Origin: Chiloscyllium plagiosum
Lineage: Eukaryota
Assembly: GCF_004010195.1 (NCBI RefSeq)
Contig: NC_057718.1
Span: 39,229,143 to 39,293,142 of the forward strand
DNA length: 64,000 bases
Direction: 5' to 3'
In this document: piece after piece, positions 26,365 to 40,181 of the stretch
How the letters are laid out: each line of letters opens with the position of its first letter
Numbering within the stretch: position 1 is the first letter of the stretch
Notes under the pieces: model-generated
The model's input: the letters and a program-made list of their open reading frames with translations, nothing else
Told to the model about the DNA's origin: nothing
The model's database searches: none
Program-made: the position numbers and the translations under genes

Positions 26365-26612
26365 TCTGGAGTCACATGTAGGTCAGATCAGGTAAGAATG
26401 AAAGTTTCTTTCTCTAAGGGACAAAAGTGAACTAGATGGGGTTTTTTCCTGAAAATTGAAAGCAGTCATTATTAGACTTTTAATTCCAAACTTTTTAAAA
26501 ATTGCATGCAAATTTCACCATCTGCCATGGTGGGCTTTGAATCAATGTCCCAATGCTACCTGGGTAACTGGATTAACAGTTTAGTGATAATACCAGTAGG
26601 CCATCATCTCTC
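26365..26612 (-). mobile_element. tRNA-derived SINE (second family)
   Basis: ctggagtcacatgtagg...ctgccatggtgggctttgaa...gtaggccatcatctc, homologous to the 36420 and 54695 copies. Confidence 0.7.
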
Positions 26613-29379
26613 AAAGATGATACTGTATCTGGATATCTCCAAGCAGGTTACATCTAATTAACAATTTTTGAAGAGAGAAAACAACAGTTTTAAATTTAGG
26701 AGCTGATGCTGAACATTGAGCACTGAAATACATTAACTACCCAGAAAATTGGGTGCACTGAAAATGCACTTCAGCTCTCAGCATTGCCTCTGTGTTGGTG
26801 GGGAAGTCAAAAGGAAATAAGCAATCAGTGTATAAGATGGATTAGGAGTCCTCCAAATACTATTCATATTAATGCTGACCCCATTACCTAACTGGAATGG
26901 CTGAGATAGAGATTCAGCTCTACAACCCCTTTTTAAATAGCTAAATGAGACCCTTCTATCATTTGCCCCAACTTCATTGTTGCCTTGTGCCCTGCCTGAA
27001 ATCTTATGCCTTGGGCTCAGTATCTACCTGCCCCATGCCAAGAAGGCACCTGGTACACAACAAGCAGCTAGCATTCAATGAGCAGATCTCACACCATCAC
27101 AACGTCAGCTCTTCCACACACAGTTGTGAGAAGCACCTGAATAGCAGTGGCACTAGCTGAACTGCCTAACACTCATCATCGTCCTCCTTTTTTTTAAATT
27201 GTCAAGGAAATTTTTTTTATTATTTTTTCAATAAAGGCATTAAGCAGGAAGTTTGAATTTAAAAAATTATTCCCAATGGACTTCTCTTAGACTTTAAGAA
27301 CTATCACTGTATCCTGATAAAAATAAGTTATGTAATTCAGCATAAATTGGGCACAGGAGAATGCTCGATTCAGTCATTACGAAGATGGCTAATTATCTCA
27401 AACCGTAATCATGATCTCTACGATTACGATTACTATACTAATTGGATGTAGGCAGACATACGCATTGCACACAATCAGATTCCATTCCTGGCCATTTGGA
27501 CGGCTGCTGCAGCAGAGCTGAGTTGGGGCAGAGAAGCCAGTTAGTGTCAGGCTCAGAACATGCAAGGTCAGGACTAGTGGGCCATGACAGTGACTCAGCT
27601 TTCACTTGTGTCCCATTCAGTCCCTCACTGTTAACATATTGTCAGGAATATGGAGTTGTCGCATCTGATGGAAAATGAAAACAGCTGATTTGGAAATTGT
27701 GCCTTATTTTTCTCCATTGCATTAACTTAGTGTTAAAATGGGGGAGAAAAAAGAGAAAATCGTGCCCTATACATTAGAATTATAAAAAATTGATAGAGTT
27801 GTGAATATTAGCACAAACAGCCTGGCATAAAGATGCCGCAGGGAAGAACTATGAAAAACTAGAAAGTAGAGTGCAGTTACTTTGTCACACATTTACAGAC
27901 ATTTAATAAGTCTCTGCAGGCACACATGCTGAGTTAGTTTGGGACATGAACTGTACATTTAATTCAAGACAATGCATTTTTAATCCTCCTCGATATAAAT
28001 CAGCAGGTTTTCAGAAAATAGGTGATTTATTTCCTGAGCGAGATGGTTGAAAAATTGTTGCAGCGCAACCCCTTAATAATCCTCCCAATGCCAAAGCTGG
28101 CTGCAGCTACTATATTGATTTACAGTGAGACCAAAAATTTTCTTGGACCATTCAGCCAGTTCTTACTCAAAGCAGTGGCAGCGGGTAAGAATTATAACCA
28201 GTACCAGCAGTGAGAGTATCATAGAGGACAGGAACTGACCTGGTGTATTGAACAAGGCGAGGCTATTCCAAGGAAAGAATGTGTCTGTGAACTGGGGCAT
28301 AGGATGTCAATATACAGATTATCTCTGTGAAACAGAGAGAGGGGAAAAAAGAACTTTAATTCTTTTGTCAGTACAGGCCTTGTTTAAATGAAAACTGCTA
28401 TTGTTAAAGATTCAATAATCCACACCACTGCACTGCAGGAGAGAAGAAAGATTTATTGAGTAGCAACCCCATAAGTAGTAAATGCAATCAAAGCATCACA
28501 GTTTCAGGATTGCATCCACTGCTCACATTTTATTAGCTGGCAACTAAATGGCTCCCTTGGTATTTGCTGCTTGCAGAAATTGTGACTTTTTTTTGAACTG
28601 AGTGCAGGCTAACTGAACTCATAAGGGGAGATGCTTCAAATGTAAATGTCTTTCATTGCAATAGGATTTCATTTCTCTGCAGTTATTACTTAAATGGTAA
28701 TAATTATATAACTAGTGGTGCCTATGAAAACAATACCTAGGGCAAGCTAAAAAGAGGGCATTTTTCACAATTCTTCTATTAAAAGCCATTGACAATATAC
28801 ATTTGATCAAAGGTACAATTTCAGTATAATTTCAGAATTCTTTTCCTAGACAGCTTCTTTACTGACAATTATTTCCAGATGAATAGTGCATTGGCTTTGG
28901 CATCTTATGCAATGAGTGAATTTCTAAGGACGTGTATATATTAAAATTAAAGAAATGTAACACAGCAGAATAAACATATCACCATAAATTACAAACAGTG
29001 TGTTCCCAATATGTGTCACCATTAAAGAGAGCCACTGAGAGCTAGTTGTGCATGTGCCACTGTAGGTGAACATAAGTAATAATACTTCAGCTGGGGTCTG
29101 ATTAGTAATTCAGAAAAAAATTGCAATATCTACCCAGTTATTGTATTGCAGTCAGATTTCTGTAAGCTCTGAATTTTAAAGACAGCAGACTAAATATTGC
29201 TGACCAACAAAGTGCTCAGTGATGGGACGCTGTGATACTCAGAAAGGAGTTAATCTCATTACCAGAGACTGCTGATCACATGCTTGAAGGATAATGAGTT
29301 CACTGGAATCAGTACAAAGATGTGGTATTTCCTGCAGTACAGTATTGTTACATCACACTGAACTTAGTCAATTTGGAAA

Positions 29380-29505
29380 GTTCTAAAGAACAGTCACTGA
29401 ACCCAAAACATTGACTGTGCTTTCTCTCCACAAATGCTGCCAGACAGGCTGAGTTTTCCAGCAAATTCTGTTTTCTTTCAGATTTCCAGCATCTGCAGTA
29501 CATTG
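29380..29505 (+). mobile_element. Penelope pLTR-like fragment (family B), decayed hammerhead
   Basis: gttctaaagaacagtcactgaacccaaaacattgac...cagatttccagcatctgcag. Confidence 0.6.
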
Positions 29506-30524
29506 GGTTTTTTTTTTGCTAAGTTTGGAACCAGAGAGACTCCATCAAGAAATGGACCTGTTGTGTCCTATTGTGAAGAATAGGACAAGAGATAATAGGG
29601 ACTAATTCCAGTGGCTGGGAAGAAAAGAAGTTAAAAGAAAACTTATGACCATTCAAAGCAGGACAACCCACAAAAAAGAGAGAGAGAGAGACTGGACATA
29701 CTCTCCAGAAGATGGTCCAAAAATGAGACTTTGCAAAGGAGTACCTCTCTTCCAGGGCTGATCAACCTGAGGACAGACAGGTGATATGCAAATGCACACA
29801 CACAACGCATACACACATGCACACACAAGAATAGTTTAATTTAACTATAGTATTTCATTAGTTCTCCCAAACTTTATAATGAAATTCAAAGTTGCTTATA
29901 GTGCAACAAAGCATTGTGATTGTTCAAACGGAAACTTGTGTCCTGGAATTGTTGCTTGAGATCACTAGCAAGCATGTAGGACATAGGTCAACAATTTGTA
30001 CCTGGACTGATCATGGGATAATTCAACTTGCACAATTCTTCAACTTCTGACCCTGAAGCACATTCCATTCTAATGCATGTTCTAATTCTGCACGTACATG
30101 TGTAGTGCTCCATCAAATGTCATCCTTAAATGCAGCCAATTACAAATATAGTTTGCTGTTTTCACAAATGACTTAGTAATTACAGTTAGTTTCTAATTCC
30201 AGCAATTGTATACTTACACTAATTGTTTCAATAAACCATGCGTATTGTAGATTAAGAGGTTACACATAGACTATGATATTATCAGTCTCTATCAACATAG
30301 CTCTGCTGCTGCATGCTGGCCACTGCCTGCTCGTATATCAAGCCTGTTCAGCTCCTTTAAACATTGTGTGCTCTATTCCAAACAGTCCATGTGGTTGAAA
30401 GCCTGTGACCTGCAATGCCCTAAACTCATTAATGGCCTGGAGAAAAATGCAAATGTTAGCCAAACTCCTTCAGACAGTCAGAATGCATTTACAGCATTTC
30501 AAACATTCAGAGAAAACAAGTAAT

Positions 30525-30640
30525 GAGGCTCTTGTGGGGCACTGCTGGAGGCCCAACCTCTGATGCAGGAGGCCTCGGTTCAAGTCCCACTGCTCCAGAG
30601 GTGTGTAATAACAACGTAGAGCAGATAGATTTGAAATATT
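30525..30640 (+). mobile_element. Short (about 110 bp) tRNA-headed SINE
   Basis: B-box-like GGTTCAAGTCCC. Homologous to the 45808 and 62258 copies. Confidence 0.55.
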
Positions 30641-30849
30641 AGGACAAATAATGCAAGTGGGCTTTTGCAATTCATAGCTGGCCTTTGCTTTTAAGATTGT
30701 TGCTGTCTTCAGAACTTTTGTAGTTGCTAGCAATTATTGCATGCAATTATTTGCTCTCTCTCTATTCAAAGAGAAAATAAATTCCTATAAAATTGTTATA
30801 ACTGTATCAATTCTGCTACCTGTGCTTCATGGAATAGACTAGCAGCATT

Positions 30850-32055
30850 ATAGAGTCAGAGATGTACAGCACAGAAACAGACCCTTCAGTCCAACTCGCT
30901 CATGTCGACCATATATCTCAACCTAATCTAGTCCCACTTGCCAGCATCTGGCTCATATCCTTCCAAACCCTTCCTATTCATATATCCATCCAAATGCCTT
31001 TTGAATGTTGCAACTGCACCAGCCTCCACCACTTCCTCTGGCAGCTTCCACACACTCACCAGTCTCCGCATGAAAACGTTGCCCCTTAGGTCTCTTTTAT
31101 AACTCTCCCCTCAGCCTAAACCTATGCCCTGAGATCTGGAGTCCCCCACCCCAGGGAAATGACCTTATCTATGTACCCTATCCATGCCCTTCATGATTTT
31201 ATAAATTTCTATAAAGTCACCCCTCAGCCTCCAATGCTCCAGGGAAAACAGCCCTCACCTATTCTGCCTCCCCCTATAGCTCAAACCCTCCCACCATGGA
31301 AACATCCTTGTCAATCTTTTCTGAACCCTTTCAGGTTTCACAACATCCTGCCGATAGGAAGGATACTAGAATTGCATGCAACATTCCAACAGTGGCCTAA
31401 CCAATGTCCTGTACAGCCCTAACATGACCTCCCAACTCCTGTACTGAATATTCTGACCAATAAAGGAAAGCATACCAAACACCTCCTTCACTATCCTATC
31501 TACCTGTGACTCTACTTTCAAGGAGCCATGAATCTGCACTCCAAAGTCTCTTTGTTCAACAACACTCCCTGGGACCTTACCAATAAATGTATAAGTCCTG
31601 CTAAGATTTGCTTTCCCAAAATGCAACACCTCACATTTGTCTAAATTAAACTCTTTCTGCCACTCCTCAGTCCATTGGCCCATCTGGTCCAGATCCCATT
31701 GTAATCTGAGGTAACCTTCTTCGCTGTCTACTAGACCTCCAATTTTGGTGTCATCTGCAAACTTACTAACTATACCTCCAATGTTCACATCCAAATCATT
31801 TATATAAATGATGAAAAGTAGTGGACACAGCACTGATCCTTGTGGCACTCAACTGATAACAAGCCTCCACCACCACCCTCTGTCTTCTACCTTCGAGCCA
31901 GTTCTGTATCCAAATGGCTAGTTCTCCCTGTATTCCACGAGAAGTAACCTTGATAACCAGTTTCCCATGGGGAACCTTGTTGAATGCCTTTCTGAAGTCC
32001 ATACAGATCACCTCTACCGCACCTCCCTCATCAATCCTCTTTGTTACTTGTTAAA
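30850..32055 (-). mobile_element. CR1/HER1-like LINE 3' fragment
   Basis: ORFs 31796-32011 (MDFRKAFNKVPH) and 31366-31848 (PQGSVL..KFADDTK..LYRTLVRPLLE), plus tail. Confidence 0.92.
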
Positions 32056-32137
32056 AAAAGCTAAGCAAAGGCTCAAATAATAGATTGCTCAGAGGAATAT
32101 GACACTACCTGCCAACCAAGGTGTTCAAAAGGACTGA

Positions 32138-32340
32138 AATAAAATGAAGAACCACAGATGCTGGAAATCTGAAACAAAAACTGAAATTACTGGAGAAACC
32201 CATTAGGTGTGGCAGCATCCATGGAGAGAACGCAGAGTTACTGTTTCAAGTCCAGTGACCCTTTTCAAAATATTAACTTTGCTTACTCTCCACAGATGCA
32301 GCCACGCCTAATGAGTTTCTCTAGCAATTGTGTTTTTGTG
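32138..32340. mobile_element. Palindromic Penelope pLTR-type relic (family B)
   Basis: Left arm acaaaaactgaaattactggagaaacccattaggtgtggcagcatccatggagag pairs with right arm ctctccacagatgcagccacgcctaatgagtttctctagcaattgtgtttttgt. Confidence 0.7.
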
Positions 32341-33447
32341 AAAAAAGACTTATGTCTATATCTAACATAACCTTGGCCAACAACAGATGTTCCCATGATG
32401 CAACCTGAAAAACACAAGCACCATCAACCAGTGGTCCAAGGCAACTCCAACTAACTGCGAAAATGTCTGTCTGCAAATGAATGATCAAGTGTATGAATTT
32501 CAGACTGTAAAACCCAATCTGTTACAATTCAGAAGCAGATATAGCCAAAGCGTTATGAACAGTTGCACACATGTCCTTACAAACTTTGGTATTGTCTTAT
32601 TGGCATCAAGACTTAAGAACACAATAACATTTTTTCTAAACCTTAGACTGCCTCATGCCGTAAGAATTGTCAGAACATCATAGAGAATTAATAACTCCAA
32701 ATTTAATTTACCCTACCCAACCATGCTCAATTTGAGATTCACTGGTTCTTTCCCTTTGCTGCATTGGGTGGAATGCTGCAATTTCTCCACTGTAAAAAAA
32801 AAAGGAAACAACAGCAACTCTTTAAGAGCCATTGTTCCCAATATCCCAGCTTTTTGCATATGATAATGAGGATGTCACAGGAGTAGACCATTTAACTCCT
32901 CAAGGCTGTTCCATCATTCACAGAGATCCTATTTACTATTTCTGGCCCACATCTTTTAAAAACTTTGGTTAACAAAAATCTGTCAATCTTAGCCTTAAAA
33001 TTTGTTCCAGTTTTAAAATACAAAGTAGTAATCAGCAGAAGAGAAAGAATTCCGTTAAGTCTAATATTTCTAATAAGTAATAAAGGAAAATAATTACCTG
33101 GGTGCAGGAAAGTTCCTTTGATATATCATTAATCTTAGGGTGAACTGAGCTGTTGATAGGAATTAAAGCTTAGCTGAAAGATCAGTTATAACTCAATCTT
33201 TTCTTTGGTGATACTTGTCCTAGTCTGAAGCCCAAAATACATTTCATGTTTTCTCAACTGGTTCAATTGTTCAGTTATCAATATCATAAACAAAAGGTTA
33301 AATAGTTAATTCATATGCTTGTACTGAAAATATCAATACTGTTCTAAAAATATGGATTTTTCTTTCTCCCACACTAACTCAACTGCATCTGATGTCACAA
33401 CAGAGTAATATGATTTACTCCAATCAATTTTCATTTTGCATTAACAT

Positions 33448-33683
33448 TGAAGCAACTCCACAGAGGCTGGTAGCTCATCACCAACTCACCTTTTATCTAC
33501 CTGTGCATAGCACTGGACACAGGTCCTTCTTCCTTAGAACCATCTCTCAGTGTGAGCAGGATGTCTGACACTCACGTTTATATATGTCAGCTAGGGCTCC
33601 CTGATTGAGCCTGATAGACAGTCCCAATCAGGGAACTCATATTCTATAAAGTCCCCCTGGTTGATCTCGCTACAATCAATACA
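33448..33683 (-). mobile_element. Short solo LTR (Gypsy-like)
   Basis: Reverse complement TGTATTGATTGTAGCGAG...GGAGTTGCTTCA has TG...CA ends. Same family as the plus-strand copy at 53813-54154. Confidence 0.6.
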
Positions 33684-33959
33684 AATACATAAATGTCAAC
33701 TATAGCATTTTAAGATAGTCAACTGAAGGTTGGTTGTCAAAAAAATAGTGATGGTAGTAATGGCATATTGGTTATTCTGCTAATGTAGCCTATTACATAC
33801 AAGTACTAAACACTGAAACTGGTATTGTTAATAAAAACAGATCTAATATAAATGAAAAGCCTCCATTCAAAATAAACATTTTATTTAAAAAACAATAGGA
33901 CATCAGGTTGGCGTTTCAAGGCTACTATATAATAATGGTAAAAACATCACCCTAACATT

Positions 33960-34210
33960 TCAAACACAAAAACAAAAACAGAAAATGCTGATGGACGGGT
34001 TGGACCGAAGAATCTGTTTCCATGCTGTATATCTCTATGACTCTATAATTTGTCAGGTCCAGTGACCCTTCATCAGAAGAGTTCTAAGGAAGGGTCACTG
34101 GACCCAAAACATTAACTGATTTCTCTCTACAGATGTTATCAGACCAGCTGAGTTTTGCTAAGATTTTGTTTTCTGATTTTCAGCATCGGCAGTTCTTTCA
34201 TTTCTTTTAT
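33960..34210. mobile_element. Palindromic family-B pLTR relic with a tiny CR1 3' end (33991-34047) in its left arm
   Basis: Hairpin ggtccagtgacccttcatcagaa-gag-ttctaaggaagggtcactggacc. CR1 tail gttggaccgaagaatctgtttccatgctgtatatctctatgactcta. Confidence 0.7.
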
Positions 34211-34962
34211 TTAGTTTCCCCAAAAGGTAATGCGTGTGTTTCTGAGATACATGGGGTGTGTTTTTGAGATAATTACGATACTCGAGAAAATTTTCAGTCT
34301 TCTACTTTTACATTGCAATGTAATTTGTAGCACAATTTTTTTCTGTAACTTACATTTTTTTGTCTTATTCTGTTCACACTAAATTCCCATAAACACTACA
34401 GTAATGACACTTATGTGAAATGAGCTAATGAGTGTTTAAATTTAACACACATTGGAACATAGTATGGTTGTATTAAGTGCTCATACTCAGGCACTTAAAC
34501 AGAATATATACGCTGATGCATGCAAATAATCCTCCTAAAGGGTAATAATATCTGAAAATAGTAGCAATAAACAGATGTTCCATCAGAAGAGTGATTGGCA
34601 TTCTGCTGTTGAGTGTTTTAAAAAGGAAATGAAACAGATCATTGGACCCGTCAACTCTGTGTGTTTTTCTTCATACTCTGCCTAATCTAATCCGTGGAAG
34701 AATTATTCCATGAAATATTAATCTGGCTTTTCTTTTGTTAGGTCTTGATAGTCCTCTAATACATGTCTAATATTTATTTTAGTTAATTCAAGTATTGAAA
34801 ATTTGCAACATGTTGCACCTCAAAACCAATAAACTGAGAAAGCAAATTCAAATTTCATCTGTTACAACCTTAAATTATGCAGCTCTGCTTAAAAAATGTA
34901 TTACATACTTTATATATTTTTTAAAGAATTTTCTTGCTAAATAAACTGAACGCCGGTTTAGA

Positions 34963-35271
34963 GGCAGCACAGTGGCTCAGTGGTTAACACTGCTGACTTA
35001 CAGCACCAGGAACCCAGGTTCAGTTCTAGCATTAGGTGACTTTCTCCCTGTGACTGCATGGGGTTCTTCCCACACTTCATGGAAATGCAAATTTGGTGGA
35101 TTGATTGTGCTAAATTACCCACAGAGTCCAGGATTGTGCAGGCTAGGTGGATTAGCTACGGGGAATGCAGGGTTACGGAGATGGTCTAGGTCTGGGTGTG
35201 ATGTTCTTCTGAGGGTCAGTGTAGACTCAGTCGGCTGAATGGCCTGCTTCCACACTGTAGGGATCCTATGA
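34963..35271 (+). mobile_element. HE1-like V-SINE (older, GATTCTA-type tail)
   Basis: ggcagcacagtggctcagtggttaacactgctg head; 3' end ggcctgcttccacactgtagggatcctatg. Confidence 0.8.
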
Positions 35272-35615
35272 CCTAGAGGACATTAACTATATTATGGTAA
35301 CTAGTACCACCGAAATAAAATTATTTTTCTCAACTCAGCAAAACAATGAAGCTATATATTTGTTAGGTATATAATTAAATTTTGGATACTGCATACTATT
35401 CAGCAAATGTTAATATTACTGGAACTGTGTATTGAAACCACTGACAAAACACAATTACAACCCACAGTGCAACAAAACTGTTGCACCATAAACATAAAAG
35501 CATCAACCAAGATGGATCAGGATGAATGGAAGGTACTTTTACTTTCTAAAGTGTACATATTACAATATTTATTCATTGAGACAATACAATCACATATTGA
35601 AAAAAACAGACTTAC

Positions 35616-35812
35616 CCTTTTTCTAAGATTATATGTTAGGATAAGGTTTCTTGAAAAGGAGTTTGAAAAGGCTGTATAAAATTCCAGTACTTTCTGCAAG
35701 GCATCTCTTTTGATAACATGAAGGTCACAATAAGTCAGGGCTCTAACATTGACGCATGACTGCGCAAGGGTATTTTCCTTCCAGAAAACATCTCCAAATA
35801 CATCTCCCTTCC
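35616..35812 (-). CDS. KCNH1: Internal coding exon (penultimate-type) of voltage-gated K+ channel EAG1/Kv10.1, C-terminal part of the CNBHD
   Basis: Minus strand reads ...ttttaaatcttgcccag|GG AAG GGA GAT...AGA AAA AGG|gtaagt, with canonical AG (35813-35814) and GT (35614-35615). The exon is 197 nt, with a phase-1 intron before it and a phase-0 intron after it. It translates (G)[88 protein letters not shown] and LILTYNL match recalled KCNH1 rather than KCNH5 (DIFW, AHAC, HIIKREALLKVLDFY, LTLTCNL). Confidence 0.93.
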
Positions 35813-36419
35813 CTGGGCAAGATTTAAAAGAAAACAAATGAGTTACAGAGTTGTGACATTTTTGCACCATGAAAATGTTTTGATCATTTACTTTCAACAC
35901 TGATATTCTATAACAGATAATATTCCAAAGATCATGTCAAATGTTAACACGATCAGATAAAACGCTGCTGTTTACCATTTTACAAGAGCAATTTATTTTA
36001 TGTCAAATTACTTCAATTAAGAATGACATACATTGGAATACCATGTATTAAGCACACATCACACAACTTCATTATTTTGAACTTGAGCAGGTAACCATAT
36101 CATGTTAAGGGTATTTGATGGCTAAACAATCAGACTTCATGATGAAATGTATGTATAAAACTATGATATAATTATTGCATATACTAAAATGTACTTCAAA
36201 ATTGTTTGTAAATAAGAAGCATCTTTCCCCAGTCATTATGCATTACTGTCACTCCGTAACAGAAATAGTTGGACAATTGGAGCATTTTATCGTATGTATC
36301 CTCATTATCAGAACAGCAACTTGTTAACACACACTGGTAAGAGCAATTGAACAATGGTAAGGGCTTGATATTGGAAAGTTTGAAACTATAGTAAATGGCA
36401 TATGCTATGTTGTATAAAT

Positions 36420-36675
36420 TCATTCCACAGGATGAAGGCATCCAGACCAGCATTTATTGTCCATTCCTAATTGTCCAGAGGCAGTTAAAAGACAACAACA
36501 TTGCTGTGGGTCTGGAGTCACATGTAGGCCAAAGCAGGTAAGGATGGCTGTTTTTTATCCCTCCTCCCTAAAGGAAACCTACCATGGTGGGATTTGAATC
36601 CGCGATCCCTGGAACATTAGCTGGGTGTCTGAATTAACAGCCCAGTGATCATAGCACAAGGCCATCATCTCCCCT
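36420..36675 (-). mobile_element. tRNA-derived SINE (second family)
   Basis: ccagcatttattgtccattcctaattg...tgtgggtctggagtcacatgtaggcc...ggccatcatctcccc. Confidence 0.7.
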
Positions 36676-39183
36676 TGTGCTGTACTAAATGTATGGAAAC
36701 AACACGTGTTCCCCATGCAGAACAAATCACCGTGCCACTGAAAACGTCCATGTGGAATTCTTAGCCCAAAGCTAAGAACTGTGTTAAAAACTGGTCCCAT
36801 AGCATGATAAGTAAGTAACAATATGCAGAAGAACCTTTACTCCTTTTAGTGTTGTCGACCTTACAAAACCTTGAGCCCAAAAAGAGCCATTTTCTTCCTC
36901 TGTACTGGTTGTGCTCCAAATTCATGTTTGGGGCACTTCTGAAAGATGTGATAAGGCATTAAACAATTATTTTCTGCCACGTTCTCCTGGCTGTCTGTTT
37001 CTTTTATCAAGAAACTGACACACACCACCAGCATTTATAAATTGAGGTGAGGTGGAGATGTAATGGTTGACAGCCTTAAATGTATCACAAGTGGGAACAT
37101 TGCAGAGAGCAAAGTTGTGGGAGCAGCAGTGATGTAATGTAAGTGTTTTCATTATTAGACAGGAAAGGCTGTCACTAGATCAGGCCCGCACTAATAGAAG
37201 AAACAGCCTACAGGAAATACTCATTCAATAGCAAGGCTATGACATGGGAATACATCAGCCTTGCTATTTTCCACCTGTAAAAACTAAAAATCCTTCAAAA
37301 TTTTTAGCTCCAACCTCCAACTGCGCAGCTTCCTCCTCTAGATCGGCAGGGTGCTGACGTATCAGGGGCTCCTACACAAAGAAGCCGACTTGCTGTGCAA
37401 AAACCACTGTTAAACCTATTAAGCTTCCCACCATAGTCACACAGGTTGGCATGAATGGGCACAGCTGCCTATAGGAAAAAAACAGCAGTGGGCAGAAACA
37501 TGTTAGCAATCCAGATCAACACAGTTCTTACAAAATTTTCTGGGTTTCTTCTTCTGAGCCTAACCCACCTCCATGAGTAGGAAGATGTTTCCCAGTGTTT
37601 CCCACTGCAAAATCAAATACAGGCAGCAGCTGTCTTCTGCAATCTAATTACTCAACAAACAAAGAGTGTTCCTGGACTAAAAAAAAGTACACACTAAAAA
37701 CACAAAAGTATAAATGCATAATATGAGAACAAAAGGACAGCACTGGGCATGACAGATGTCACCTGACAGGTGCACAATATACCAACGTCTTACGCTATGT
37801 TCCAAACTATTGCTTATGATATTATGTAAACACTGATACACTGTACAGGACAGACACATTTATTAGCCTTGGGATAGCCCTGTGATGAGGAGGAAATGCC
37901 ACGTTGAAGGGTCTGATAGTACTTGCAGTGGATTGAAATATCTGTTCCTGGGAAACATTTGAGAGAATGTTTTTGGACACTAAAGCAGGTAATAAGATTT
38001 GAGAGCCAGGGATTTAGATCACTCAAGACAGAGCTGTCAGTGCCTGAGGCTGGTGGACTAATTTTGAAATCAAAGAAATGGTTTAAGCATGCTGAGCTTT
38101 CTGAGGTGTTTCAGGGTTTTGCAATGGCAGAAAACGTATCAGGATGAGGAATGAATTTTACATCACTCGGAAAGCTACAGCTCAGCAGGGTAGGAAGTAT
38201 TTAAGATTTAGCAGGATTGAAGATGTGAGGGATGATTATCTTGAGGGGCTGACAGATTAAGATCCAAATCGCCTTCAACCAAGTCATCAGGCCCCACCTT
38301 CGCACTACATTCTCACACAAAACCCCTTCCACTACGATGCCACCTTATCTCAAAAAGCAAAGTGTTAAACTCACCTGACAAGGCCTCTGCTCAGTGTGCA
38401 GTTGGTTTTGCAGATTGTGATGCTCACTCACAGACTATTAAAATTTATCACAGTCCTTCTAAAAATACACTACCCTAACTTTACCTAAAAAAGCAGCAGG
38501 TATTAAATTGCCACAATGGGGAAAGAACATTAACTGTATCATTATGATTTTTACTCCCATTTCTCCAAGATTTTGCTCAGTTCAGGTGCTTTCTAACAAC
38601 AGAAACATTATATGTTATAAAAAGCCATGTTATCAAAGACATCCTGTGTAATCACAGATGTCATTGTTTGAAGATCAAATCTGAACATTAACTGTTTCTT
38701 TATTTTATTCAAAACACTCAAAGATACATGTGAATTTTTACAGTATCATCTAAAATTTTAAAAACTTCCAACAGGAAGATATGCCTATATTGGTAGAAAT
38801 AGTAATCTGTGTAATATAGCTATTACAAATCTACATCTGCATTCACTTCCTATCCAAATTCATGTGTTATTATTAAAAATGTCTGTCTATGGAAGTTTCC
38901 ATGGTGTAATTACACCCCTTCAGCTTCTTAAGCTTAAATAAACCAATTATGTCAATATGAGAGATGAGCTGGCTAAGATAGATTGAAAATATATTAAGTA
39001 GTATTACCGTTGACAAGCTATTAAGCGCATTTAAGAAAATATTTTATAATCTTCAATGAATACAAATTCCACAAAGAAATAAAAGCCCACAAGAAAAATG
39101 AAACATCAGTGGCTAAATAAAGAGGTTAAGACTAGCATTTTATTACAGCTTGAAAATGTTTCCCTGAAGATAGTTAGCCTAAA

Positions 39184-39425
39184 CTGTGTGGAGTTTGCAC
39201 ATTCTCCCCGTGTCTGCGTGGGTTTCCTCCGGGTGCTCTGGTTTCCTCCCACAGTCCAAAGATGTGCAGGTCAGGTGAATTGGCCATGCTAAATTGTCCT
39301 TAGTGTTAGGTAAGGGATAAATGTAGGGGTATGGGTGGGTTGCGCTTCGGCAGGTCGGTGTGGACTTGTTGGGCTGAAGGGCCTGTTTCCACACTGTAAA
39401 GTAATCTAAAGTAATCTAATCTAAT
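39184..39425 (+). mobile_element. 5'-truncated HE1-like V-SINE
   Basis: V-domain through (TAATC)n tail. CTAAA at 39179-39183 and 39426-39430 is a possible TSD. Confidence 0.88.
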
Positions 39426-40181
39426 CTAAAGATTGGTAAGGTGTTAGAAACCAGTAAAGAATGATCCAAAGGAACAAAAATAATGAGAAGAAACCAGCAA
39501 ACAATATAAAAATAGTATGTAAGAGCTTCGACAGATATGTAAAAGCTTCGATAGGAAGAGAGTAGTGAAAGTATTTAAATGTCCTTTGGAAACTTACAGA
39601 GTAGAAGTTATAATGAAAATAAGGAAAAGACTCAGGTTGTTGAAATCATTACTTTCTATCCATTTCTACAGCACGTTTTAACTCCAGAGTTTGCCTGTCG
39701 TGTCATAGACTGGAAACAGATCTTTTTTTAAATGACTGTCATTGTGAAATGCTTTCTTACCTGGGCAATTTGGGTACCCTTGTACACAAAACACAAGTTC
39801 AACACTCAGGTCCAGTAATCAATTAGGAAAACAAATTAAATGTTGGCTTTTTTATCCATGGGTCGGAGTACAGAGAAAGGAAGTCCTGCTGCTTTGGTAC
39901 AGAGCTTTAGTATGATTACACCTGGAGTACTCTATACAATAGAAGGATACATTTGCCTCATATGTGGTGTGACAAAAGCTTACTAGATTAATTCTTGAGG
40001 AGCTTACTTTATGAAAGTTGAACAGGTTAGGCTATATCAATTGGAGTTTAGAGATTGGGAGATGAATATATTGAAACATATAAGATCCAAAAGGATTGGA
40101 TACAATGGGTAGCTGGTGGGTGTTTCCTCATGCAGGGGAGACTAAAATCAGTTTTGGAATAAGCAATTTTCTCTCATAAGA

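Noticed and set aside
29675..29830. (AG)n and CA-rich tracts
   Set aside because: Short degenerate microsatellites, unremarkable.
35517..35900. 127-aa ORF as a stand-alone gene
   Set aside because: Only 35616-35812 is channel-like and it is bounded by canonical splice sites; the rest is intron read-through.
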